Assembly (NCBI RefSeq): GCF_964355755.1 | Contig: NC_092680.1 | Span: 9,734,001 to 9,798,000, forward strand | Direction: 5' to 3' | DNA: 64,000 bases | Source of the DNA: Antedon mediterranea | Lineage: Eukaryota; Animalia; Echinodermata | Shown: positions 26,026-37,700 of the stretch, piece after piece | Numbering within the stretch: the first letter of the stretch is position 1 | Layout of the letters: each line of letters starts with the position of its first letter | The notes under the pieces: generated by a model | What the model was told of the DNA's origin: nothing | What the model saw: the letters and a program-made list of their open reading frames with translations, nothing else | Database searches by the model: none | Made by a program: the position numbers and the translations under genes

Positions 26026-26509
26026 ATTCTATTTTGAATTCCTGAGCCATGATTATACTATTAATTATTTGGATATTAGACAATATTATAACCTTTTTTC
26101 CACAAATTAATGTCAACACTCCTCCGCAATAAAAAGATAGAAAATTATACAGTGATTCATATAAACTGTATATGTAGTAGTATAGCCTAGTACGGTTAAA
26201 TATTTAATTTGTATGTATAGAATTACACGATTATCCGAAACAAGCCTTTTTCTTACTGTACTTATTATCATAAAGCTTATGAAAAACAAATTCCCACATG
26301 TTGTGCAACAATAATACAGCAAAAACATTTTTTACGTCATAACACATAATAAATGTGATAATAGTATATTTTCCAATTACATAAGACACTCGTATTAACC
26401 AAATCCATGATACTAATATAATACATGTGATCCTCTTCGTTGTCGTAATATTGGGTTAGTGAGACCGAGAGGTATGCGCGCCCAAGATGACCTGTTATCC
26501 ATAATATCA

Positions 26510-26765
26510 TGCTTGGTCGCAACGTAAGGACGTGAGCGCAATGTAAGACTTGGTGCCCACTTTTGGACTCAACGCAAGGACGTAATTGCTTGCGATTGGT
26601 CAAGTCGCTTGTACTATCGTGTCTACTTTATTTCGTCGTTGCGTCTGCAGTGGGAACCAAGTTAGCGTGATTTGACCATCGTGACAAGCAATCCATCGTC
26701 ACTTGTCATTGGTGGTCAACACGATTGCGTTGTGCATTTCTAGTGAGATGGGAAGCAAGTTTTAA
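26510..26765. mobile_element. Degenerate MITE copies of a family also at ~30805-30945
   Basis: Shared CTTGGT(T/G)CC(C/A)ACTT...CAACG(C/T)AA...GACGTAA and GATTGGTCAA motifs; inverted end AGTGGGAACCAAGT. Confidence 0.5.
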
Positions 26766-27290
26766 ATACTCCGCCGATAAAACTCGGGCATTCCTACTTC
26801 ATCTACGTTCTACTATTAAAGTTATGTTACGCGTCTCCTAAAGCAGCACATTACCACGGGTTTGTATTTCCCAGCAGTAAATTATGCATCGAATCCACCA
26901 TTACGTAAAGCTGCTCTCACTCTGTTAAAACTCACACCTGTATGATTTAACACTTTAATGCATTAACAAGAACTTTAGCCAATCACAGATCGTTAAACTG
27001 AGTTACCTTGAGCTCAAATAAAATTCCCACAATCGTAAATCAAGCGAAACCAATTTCAATGAGTTTTTCGGTCTCATACAAATAGGCTACATGTCTTCAA
27101 ATGTTTGTAAATTTATTGTCCTTTGTGTATGTATGTAAATGCAAATAAGACACACACCATCATCGTCATCTTTGTTAATTTTTATTTAATATATAATCAA
27201 TAACGAAGAAATATACTTTATATTTTAGTGCATATTGTTAACATATTACATCATAATATGATGATAATAATTTTTTTTGGCAGTCATTTG

Positions 27291-27351
27291 TTTACATTGT
27301 ACATTGTTTATGTTCATATATTATATGAACATAAACAATGTACAATGTAAA
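27291..27351. repeat. Perfect inverted repeat, 30 bp arms, 1 nt spacer
   Basis: TTTACATTGTACATTGTTTATGTTCATATA-T-TATATGAACATAAACAATGTACAATGTAAA. Confidence 0.95.
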
Positions 27352-27389
27352 AAAAATTTGTCATGAGACTTCCTTTCAGATGCCATTAA

Positions 27390-27865
27390 AACTCGAACGG
27401 CGCTATGAGTGTTCATACCTCCGCCTACTGTAACATTCTCCTATATAAGATTTAACCGGAATTTTGTTTTTAATGTGTGTGTCTTAATGCTGTGTGTGAT
27501 TAGGCTAATTTCACTACAACCATGTGTATGCAAATTTGGTGTAACCAGCCTTTTAACTAACAATAATTTCAGTTGACTAACAGCAACGCTAAAAACAAAC
27601 GAGTGAAATTATGTTTTGAAATCACAAATTATAACGCTTGTAAAAAAATGAAAAAGTAGTTCCCGAGAAAATGCAATTTCAGTTTATTTTCGGACTGCTC
27701 ACTGGCTTTTGAAAGTTGTCTCCTATCTTTTAACACTAGCAAGCAGGTCTGAAAATAATACTAAAAAGTGGCCCAGAATTGGGACCCTTGTGCAATAACT
27801 TTTTGAGTAATCCCGACAAACAGAAACACGCGATCGACTGATTATACCTCCTTGGCGGAGGTAAA
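27390..27865 (-). mobile_element. HINE/Helentron-like element (copy 1 of a family also at 50240-51080)
   Basis: Subterminal inverted repeats TACCTCCGCC / GGCGGAGGTA and terminal palindrome TACCTCCTTGGCGGAGGTA. The body aligns by eye with 50240-51080. Confidence 0.7.
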
Positions 27866-28134
27866 AATGTTCATAATCATAAAGCAACTTCGGAATATTG
27901 TTACTGTAATTCCTTAATAATCATGTGAGAATTGTGGAAAGTCATTTTATCACTATACAAATAGCATTTCTACTCATGAATAAAAGTGTGTTCAAAATAT
28001 ATTTACTGTTTTTTCAAATATCTGTTTCCCATTATACCAAATAGCTACTGTAGTATCTACATTTCTAAATTTATTTCCTAAGTTTAAATTATTAGTGGAA
28101 ATTAATAAATGATTGATAAACCAATAAAAACGAT

Positions 28135-28350
28135 GTGAGCTGTGGATTGGTGGTTAACGTGCTTGCCTTCTAATCCCAAGGTCAAGGGTTCAATCCTGCT
28201 CTAGTGCCATGGCTGTAACTCACGACTCTTTTAACTCCTCAAATAAGACTTTATAAGCACGATTTGTAAGCAGGATAAATAAAAAAAAAAGCTTAACCAT
28301 CCTGTAATTGGTGGGTTACTAACTGTTGATAGGATGCGTATGAACTAAAA
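28135..28350 (+). mobile_element. tRNA-derived SINE
   Basis: A-box-like TTGGTGGTTAAC and B-box GGTTCAATCC. Body (CTTGCCTTC.AATCCCAAGGTC, TTATAAGCA.GATTT, CATCCTGTAATTGG) shared with 63150-63350. Confidence 0.65.
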
Positions 28351-29243
28351 ATATTTTTTTTAAAAAACCTCTGAAAATATATTCTACTACTTCAGAATTA
28401 GCTTAGCAAGAATGAGATACAAAAAGTTCATACGATCTGTACACACTTTATAACCGGACGGACTTTAAAAAGCATATTGCAAAAGTATAGACAAAATTAA
28501 ACCCCAACCAGTACATGTATAGCCTATTATGCAGTAATTTATAAAAAAAAACCTGTGACAGATTCATCAACTTCATGAACAGAGAAATAGTTGACGTCTA
28601 ACAAAACCTCTTTTTCCAGAAAAACAGTAATCTTATATTAGTTTAAAATATGTTTAAATATTACGATTATCAAATATCAATTGATTTCAAATAAAAATAT
28701 TTATTAATTTTCTGTACTGGACTAAATACTGCACTGGTTTACATATATAGTTAACAACCATTAAGTACCATTACTAAAAATTACCCAAAAGAAGGCACAC
28801 TAATAAACACGAGTCCACTATAAGAGCTCATGTGTAGTCTTCTAAAATATTTCTAATCTGAAATGTTGTACTCTTTATATATAATAAATTGAATCAGTAA
28901 TTATAATTAGGATTTGAAATGTTGTATATGACATAATAATACGTACATTTGATATTATTACTCCACTTACATACACGAACAAAATTCTATAATGTTGAAA
29001 ACGTTCAAGCAAGGCAATCTAACAAGAGGATGCTGAGCTCCGGAGATCAAAGGGTTTATCTGTGGCTGCGATACGATCAGTTTCACGCACGCCCCTTGCA
29101 AACACCGCGCGAGACGCGGAGAATGCACATCATACAGTACCGTACTGTTAGTATTTGTCGCAGCCAGATAAGATCAAAGGACTGTTACGAGTTCCTATCC
29201 TGGTCGCCCAGTGTCCTGTTGCCTTGGTTCAAGTTTTTGCAGA

Positions 29244-32200
29244 TTAAACAGATATTGCGAGTTGTCTTTGCCGACGAAGTTGATTCTCTTTAGCCTGACG
29301 AAGAAGTCTTCGATGGGATGCCCCCTCCGATACCCAGTCTGGGGCAATGACGAAATGACCTCTTGACTGACTCCCAGTCATAAAGAAGTGACTGTTTTCA
29401 TGTGAATACGCTTCTGGGGTCATGATTCGTGGCTGGTGATGCGCAGATTGTGGTGCACCAGTTCTTGGCAGTTTTATATCAACCTTTTTTGTGTACAGCT
29501 TTTCTTGTGGCATAGTCTGTGTGCAGTTATGTCTGAAGGAAAAACGGAAAAGATTTATAGTAAGGGGCCACTTTCGGTACCAGTTACCGGTAACAAGATG
29601 GATGTTATCTTTCAATTGCGCCCCTAATAGTAAAGTAATGCACGTAATTTAAACTTACTCTTCAAGCTGTTTTTCAACTTTTTTCATCCACTTTTTCAAG
29701 GAATTTGAGTCAACGCCCTTTGCTTCTACATCCGGTGATCTCAGATTCGGCGAAGAGGGTGCTCGGTGTAACAGTGTTGCCTTCGGAACTGGAACCCTTT
29801 TGCGGTTACTGGCACTGTTAGATCGTGGCCGTATATTGTTCACCTTAGCTGCCATCTCTGGACCTTTTCCTCCATTAATAGTATGCAGTAAGTTATAAGC
29901 TACTTCCTTTTCTTTAGAAACAAAATACAATAAATAGAAATTAATGAATTTGGTTGTACAGTACATTTCTGACGCTAAACTGTTTTAATTTAGTAACAGC
30001 CAAACTCTGTAGTCAAGTACTTCAGTGCATACGGATTGTAAGGATATGAAAATATCTAAATTTGATATAAAAATAATTATTTAATTTATCTTTTGATAAT
30101 CAAATAAGAGTGCGCCCTCTATATCGTCACACAAATTTGGTTGTAATTGTCTTCTTTCACTAAAAGTCTAGCGGTACTCTACACAGCAGACATACGAGGT
30201 TTGTCAAAAAAAGGTTTCCAAAGTTTAATAATATAGACCAGTTTGCAAAAGTCTACACTTTAGTTTGTAAACTCAGAGTTTGCAAACAAAAATTCGGTAT
30301 ATTATCTAACTGTAGGCTTAAATATGTGTGTTTGGATTAAGTATGGAAAAATAAGTCAAGATTGTATTTCAATAAATATTTTCATACCGTAATCAGTTGC
30401 TCCAGTCATCCAGTTTTTCATACGGGGGTGTTCAATCATACTTTTAGCAATGATAGGTCCAGCAGTTGTAGGTCTCTGTTTGAAAAAAAAAACACTCATC
30501 AAAATAATGTTGTGCAGGTTAGATTAGAAATGTATTTGTTACCAAAGTAATACAACTAGCTCAAACATGGCAATAACATATTTTCTTAATCTTACAGTTT
30601 ATAGAGATGAGCATTAATATTTATTGTTATATATTATTTTATTAGTATCTAATGATTATTACAATAATATCAAGCAACAAAACAATATAAAAGTGCAAAT
30701 GATACCAGTAAACAAAATGCGTGAAATTACGGATAGATGTTTATCACAAATAATATTTCAATGTTGCAATGTTGTTTCTTTTTGTCGTTTAACTGGCAAT
30801 AAATAAAGCTTGGTTCCAACTTGGACACAACGTAAAAAGACGTAAGGCCAACTTTCAATAATTTGACCAATCACGACACGATGGATCATCCGATTTGTGA
30901 TTGGTCAACTCACTTGTTTTGCACTTACGTCGTTGCGTTGTGTCAAAAACCGATAGTACGAGCAATATCAGCACTTAGCCAACTATGGCGATGACGAACT
31001 ACAATACATATATACTGAATAATGTTGACGCAAAATACGTTTCCTTACCGCGATTACAGATTGATTGTCCGTATTATTGGTATTAACATCATCATCCTCT
31101 TCGTAACGCACTCTATACACCTGAGGTTTCTCCTGATTTGTGCGAAATAAACCAAACACCGCAAGTTAGAAATAATGTTAGCAATGTTAAGTAAGCGTAG
31201 AAATGAATAGAAAAATAATATTTTAATATTTTTAATTGTTTTTTTAAATATGTAGAATTTGTCTAGAATGTAAAGGTGTATGGAGAAAACCAAGTGGGGT
31301 GCGTGAATGAGTACTGGGGTACACACATGGGAACATCCTAATGCATTAGTAAATTATTACTATTCAAACTTTCAGCGTGCAAAAACGAAATAACAAAGTG
31401 CAAATTAAGTAAAACAGGCATTAAATTTTATTATACCTGAGGTGGTGGGCATGACTTTGACCTCATATGACGTAATATGGTGACTGGTGACGGCGTTCGT
31501 CGCTCAATGTCCGTTGCCATAGCCTTGTGTCGGTGTCCGGGTGGTGGAGTCGGTGGCGTATGAACACGCTTTACAGGCTTCGACAACGGTAGTTTGCTTG
31601 ACCTATGTACCCATTTGATTGGTTTATCCCTCATACCGGGTTCAGGAGGTGTTTCTGTTCTCCAGGTGGTCCAGTGCTCCCTGTAGAATGTAGGAGTGAT
31701 TGGACGTTTGACCACTCGTGTTCGTATTGGTGGTGATGAGGGTCCAGGCGAACATGATTTGAACGGGCGGCCTTCAGTGTGATCCTCAAATTCAAAGTCG
31801 TCATGATATGTCCGTTCAGCTAGACTTGTTTCTAATCATAATAAAGTAAAGATTTAAAATAATTATTAATGACTAATTTCTTCATTTCCAGCTACTAAAA
31901 AAACAATGTTACTACATAGCCTCCGTTAATAATAAGTATTTCTACAGTCATGTGTTTATCATTGTTATCAAAACTAATTATTTCAAATATTCTATATGCC
32001 TTACGTTGTCTCTCCACTCGCGGCTGTACGCCATCTCGGAAATCTGCTTCCATTATTTCCTGTGTAGATTTTGGTCTCATTTCAGCCATTGTTTTCGACC
32101 GAGTCATTCTTCCACCTGGTAACAATTATAATTTAACGTATAAGAACTATTTATTCTTTAGTGTAACAATTCTTTTTAATTGTGGCTCAAGTTTAGGTAT

Positions 32201-34279
32201 GGGAAGCGAAAGATTGCAGTTACCCTAAATTATCATATAGGCCTACATACTAACAAAATATAACAGTATATTACGTCTTTGTACCGGACACAATCAATCC
32301 AAAATAGGTATCCGAATTTTCCAAACCATTTGTAACAATACCTTTCATTAACAAGTAAAACACCAAATAGAAACAAAGTTAGCAAAAATACACTAATTAA
32401 CTAAATATAAGTACCATGGGGTCGTTCCGTCGTCATTGTATTGAATGTAGCATGTGGAATCTTAGGGGGAATATTTTTTTTCTCCGTCTTCACTTTATCC
32501 AGATATTCTTGGACAGCTTCCCGAACTCTGGTGTTGTCCATTTGTAGATGATTGACGGCCTTTTGTACCTGTGCTTCAAGACGAGCTTGTGCATCTTTTT
32601 CCTTCATGTGTTTAGGCTCCAGGAAATCCTGTAAAATATAACAATTACCGCAATTAATGCAATACTTCCTGTCTTAAAGAAGCAGGAATTAATTCTGTTC
32701 CCCATCCAAACTAAGGCAAAGGTATCGGTTTTTCATCACTGCTCTACAACTAAAGGAGCAGCACCTTAAACTGTATTTGCGTCCCATAAATATTGTTATC
32801 ATCGACATAGCCAGACATATAAGACTAAGATTCTCAGTGCTTTATCTCCACAAATGTTTATCCAGTACCATGGCAAATTCCGTCGTTACATCATCTATCC
32901 ATACAGAACAACTTTAAATAAAAATTCAAATCATGAAATACCGGTATACGGTCGTTTTACATGATGAATAGTATAGAGTACGATTAATCATGCACAGAAT
33001 TGTATTCTCAAATGTATTCAACAGGTTGACAGACGCTATATTATACGGTACTTAATTGCTCTTTTGCCAGAGTGGATACATCATAATTTATACACATCTA
33101 TTACTAGATCATTATAATAATAGCTACCTTACAAACATCGATATATATGTTGATTGTGTAACGACGTACCGAATTAACGTTATTTGTTAAATAATAAAAT
33201 TAGCATATAGAAAAAGAGAAGAATGCAATCTATATATAGATCGTACTATAATAATAACGTATAATATAATAACGGACATGTCAAGGAGGACTTTAATTCA
33301 TACCGATATCAGGCCTATCAATACAGTACATGTGTTAATGTTTTAATGTATTGTAATGTAACGTAGGACCGATTTTTTAAAGCGCACTTTAATTTATAAA
33401 TCTGTTAAATTGTATGTTATTTGGAATGAAGGCCTTATTAATATTATGATGAATAATTTATCTTGGTATTTTTTCAAGGAAGAAGAGCCTAACCTTCCAT
33501 GATGCAGACATCACTGTAGGCCTAACACATTCCAAATATTAAAGGCCAAGCCTCTAAAACATTTTATTATAATGCTATTAAAGACTGGAATGATCTACCT
33601 TCTGATATTAAGAGTATACACAAATTAATTGAATATAAACGTGCGTTAAAGGTTCACTTTGGTATTGTGCATTAACCATGCTGATGATTGTATTTGTATT
33701 TGGATGTTTCTGTTTATTGTATTAGTATGCATTTTTAATGTACACATTATTATCTAACTTGCTTGTTTAAAGGACCCCATTGGAATTAAGCTGTTTCAGC
33801 TTTATGGGTCATCCTGGTATTTTTGTTGTGTTTCTTGAGTACCAAATAAAACAAACAAACAAACAAATGTCGAGAATATTAACATAACAATGGTGGCTTT
33901 AACGTAAGGCATAAATACACATCCCCACCCCGGATCCGCCACTGGTAAGAAAAATATTGAAAACAAGTTAATATTGCCAGCGTAGGCTTATATTTAAAAT
34001 ACCATATCAAATGTAATTGTACAGGCCTATACTGAATTAACAAAATCACAAGGATACAACACATATATTATGATTTATAGATGATTTACATTACCTAGTA
34101 ACATTATTATAGGCTTACTGTATGTTAACAAACAATGGTTTGATTGTATATAGATAGCAAAGCACCATATGTGCATAATATTATAATACAGTGGTATGTT
34201 GTCTAGGCCTAGGCAATTGAGACTATCAACTTACGTTCCCTTCTTCTGGAACTCCATTTTCAGTACATTTATCAGTCAT
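29244..34279 (-). CDS. Uncharacterised 492-aa Pro/Arg/Lys-rich protein, 8 coding exons
   Basis: Exons 34235-34279, 32415-32628, 32005-32115, 31437-31831, 31049-31132, 30388-30475, 29659-29911 and 29244-29532. All introns are GT-AG with compatible phases (1479 nt, no internal stop). Joins track ORFs 32401, 31895, 31431, 29655 and 29244. Exon 1 is the least certain. Confidence 0.8.
33380..33867 (+). mobile_element. 3' fragment of a CR1/L2-group LINE
   Basis: Translates to TFYYNAIKDWNDLPSDIKSI. 3' stem GGACCCCAT...ATGGGTCATCC, then AATAAA and an (ACAA)n tail. Confidence 0.7.
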
Positions 34280-34753
34280 GTTAACGATCATGTTAATTAC
34301 ATAAAGTATATAACGAGGTTAAAGTAATAGTTTAGAATATATTCCATATTAGAGACTAAATTCATACAGTATGTTATACACGTTACATTTAAGCCGATTT
34401 TGTAGTGTCGCGTCCCGTTGCTAAGTCGTTGTTATGTGTGTCTATTTGCTTACTTCCTGCTTGATGATAAAGCGAGGCTTAAAGTTTGCTTCGCGTCAAT
34501 GGGCAAGTAAAGACCTTTGCTATTCACCTAAATACCTCATCCAACCTTTGAGATAATCGTATACGCTTTACAAATGTTTGCTTACAATGGTTTAAAATTA
34601 CCATTAGATTGGTTAAAAGGGGTTTCTTTTTGTTGCAGAATTTAGTTAGGCCTAATACCTATTAGAAAGCTGTCTCTCTGAATCAATCTCTCAAATGAGT
34701 AAATACGGTAACCGTCCGAAGTAGGCCTACTATCGTATAGAGTATGCTTATAT

Positions 34754-34787
34754 CATGGAGCTATAAAATTAATTTTATAGCTCCATG
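34754..34787. mobile_element. 34 bp perfect palindrome with CATG termini and 7 bp flanking duplication (miniature P-element-like insertion)
   Basis: CTTATAT-[CATGGAGCTATAAAATTAATTTTATAGCTCCATG]-CTTATAT. Confidence 0.65.
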
Positions 34788-37700
34788 CTTATATGCGTTA
34801 TTCACGGATTCACGGATTCGCGGATAAGTCCATCGGTTATTTCAATTTTCATTATTTTTAAAGTGAAATTAGGAAAATTATCGTAAATCTACTAACGATA
34901 TAGGCCTTGATAAATCATAACAAATACATACACTAAAAACGGTGACGTACCTCTATATAAGGGAAAGTGACCATTGACTCAACAGAAAGGCCTAAGCTAA
35001 TATAAAATATAATATTGACGTCTCTTTAATGGTGTGCAATTCAGACAGGCAGATATTATAATTTCTCTTGAGTTTATCTTTAATAATAATTTCCATTTTC
35101 ACCAGACAAATCGATTTGGTTCTCTGAAGCACAACATTGTAAATTAAAATGAATTAAAGATGAAAAATAATGATGCTTTATCAAACTACTTTTCATTGTT
35201 ATAAGACATAATTTGGCAGGTATGAGAGAAACTCCAGCCGCTTGGTGATATACTGTAAATTATTTATTTAATTTATAAACAGCGAAGATATGGAAATATA
35301 TGAGAATGAAAAAAGTCACCCCAATCGAGATTCGAACCCGGAATTTGTATATCAAGTTTCTCTTAACATCTCTTAACATACAATATAATAAGGTTGTGTT
35401 TGCTAATTACCAATAGGCCTCAGTAATAACCTTGTTTTAGATTTTATATTGATTGGTATAGTAAGCCAGGGTCAATGCGCCGGGATGGCTCATGATGCCT
35501 TTAAAAAATCGCCAGGTTGAGTGTTTGTGAACGTGGTCCTTAGACGAGGTCGAAGATCAAAACTATGAAAATAAACTATCGTAATTAAGGATTAATATGA
35601 TTCTGTCTAACAACAAAAACACCATGTGCTCAGGGATCACAACCCATAGCAAAAACAAAGATTAAGTAAAAATAAAATGTCTTTATCTGCATGACATTAC
35701 CGGAGGTAGGCCTACCTAAACCTAAACCTCATTTCATTAAACATTTGAACATGGAATGGAATTCAAGTAGTACATTTAATTCTGTTATTTAGCTTATTAT
35801 TATTCTACACAGTGAAACTAACGGTACGCGATGAATTTTAACACAACACACAATTGTTAGTTTCAACAGGTATAAATAATTCTATGAACTGATACAATTT
35901 TAGCAAAAGAAAGCTGCGAAACTTCACGGTTCACTATGTTGTATTGTAAGTACTATTATAGGATATGGTAAGTACGGTGAGTGATTAAAATGAGACATCT
36001 CTATACAACTCTATTTGAAATTAATTAGTTTCGGCCTACATTCATAGTGTTTATTTTATTATGTTCCTGAAAACGATAGTTTTTTTTGTAATAAATATCG
36101 ATTATACTCGAGAATATAAAAATGGAATAAATTAGTTAGCCAGTTTTGCGTTGCTTATCATAAATTGCGAGAATAATTAGAAAATTAGGGTCATCCTACA
36201 AGTTGCAATTGCGCACATGCATTACAACAAATTATAGGTCTTTCAGTCTCTCTGTTGGGATCGTATACGTTCTAATATTCGTATTCCTATCTTATAAGAC
36301 TAAAGTATCTTCATTTTATTAATTTGCAAATTGTGCAATACTGACAATCGTAACTTATAACCTTACGGTAGCCTACATTGATTCACTTACCGACTTAGGG
36401 TGAGGGTTGTTTCGTCTCAATTGATCAGATGGTTTAATAAGCACTAACTTAACAGCCTTTTTAACTGGGTGACTTTGACGATAGTTAGTTGCATGTAATG
36501 CCCTCTTCTTTAAAATGCTTACATACGGCATATTTGTAGACGTATGTTTCCAGAATGTAATTTCAGTATACGAACATTAATTAAACATCAATTATGTTGT
36601 GAAACGGTAACAGGATAATAATCAACACAATAATACGCGCATTAAACCAATAAACGAAATGATAGTTGAACCAATAGATAATGTTTCAACTGTTTTTTTT
36701 TTTAAATTCTAAATCCAGATTCAAAGGCAGATAGTTATAGACTCATATTATTATCTGCCTTTAGACGCTTCCATAAGCTCCCGTTGTCATGCTGGCGCAA
36801 CACCGGTGTGTCAACACTAGATGGTGACATCAACGGAACGACAAGACAATAGCAAAGAGTGGACGAATCACACACCTTCTCAATAATCCCTTTTCTTTAC
36901 TGATGCTTTGTGATCTAAACATATTGACATTAAGCATGACAGCAGCAGCTCGTCGATAAATCCAATGGTTCAAACACATCGATTATACAAGTTAATGCTA
37001 TCAGAACATAATATTCAATTAGCTGCAGTCATGTTTGTTCATGTACATTCAATATGGCACTGTAGGCCTATATTTATATTGAAATCACAAAAAAGGCTTT
37101 ATATTTTTCACAGTAGCAACACGTCTATATCATTTAAATATACTGTACATTTATATGTATTGAATTACCGATCTGGAAACAAAGACTGTTATTATTTATA
37201 TTATACCTAGGCCTATCTCATAACTAAATTACACTACAATTTTGAAGTTCAGTCCTAAAATTATCGATAATGTAATCATTAGCCTCTGTGCGATTGAAAG
37301 CGTGGGCTATTATTATCTTTAAGGGAAGATTGGAGAGCAAAGATCCGAAGCGAAGATTTCTTGTTGAAAGAATTATAGGCCTACTATCACTATCAGTAAT
37401 AAAGTAAACGTGTTCTTTTATGATAAACCGTTATTTTTAATATTAAAAGCAATATACATGACTCAAGGATATATTTAATTTTCATTATCGTTATGAGGGT
37501 ATTGGAATAAAGCAATTACGATTTAAACACTGACTTAGAATGAATGCGTTCGATCAGAACTGTTACACACTATTATAATGAATAGGAGCAGGCCACTATA
37601 TTCGAATCTATCGATCTTTTGAATGCATTCTTTCTGCTGCATGGTTTTTCATAAAATATGTTATTTAGTCTACTGCATACACGTTTTGTAATCCTGGCGT

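Noticed and set aside
28135-28215. Functional tRNA gene (also tRNA-like strings at ~7965, ~35320, ~61610 and ~63150)
   Set aside because: A/B-box-like motifs are present, but I cannot fold a complete cloverleaf, and the downstream body is shared between copies, as expected for SINEs.
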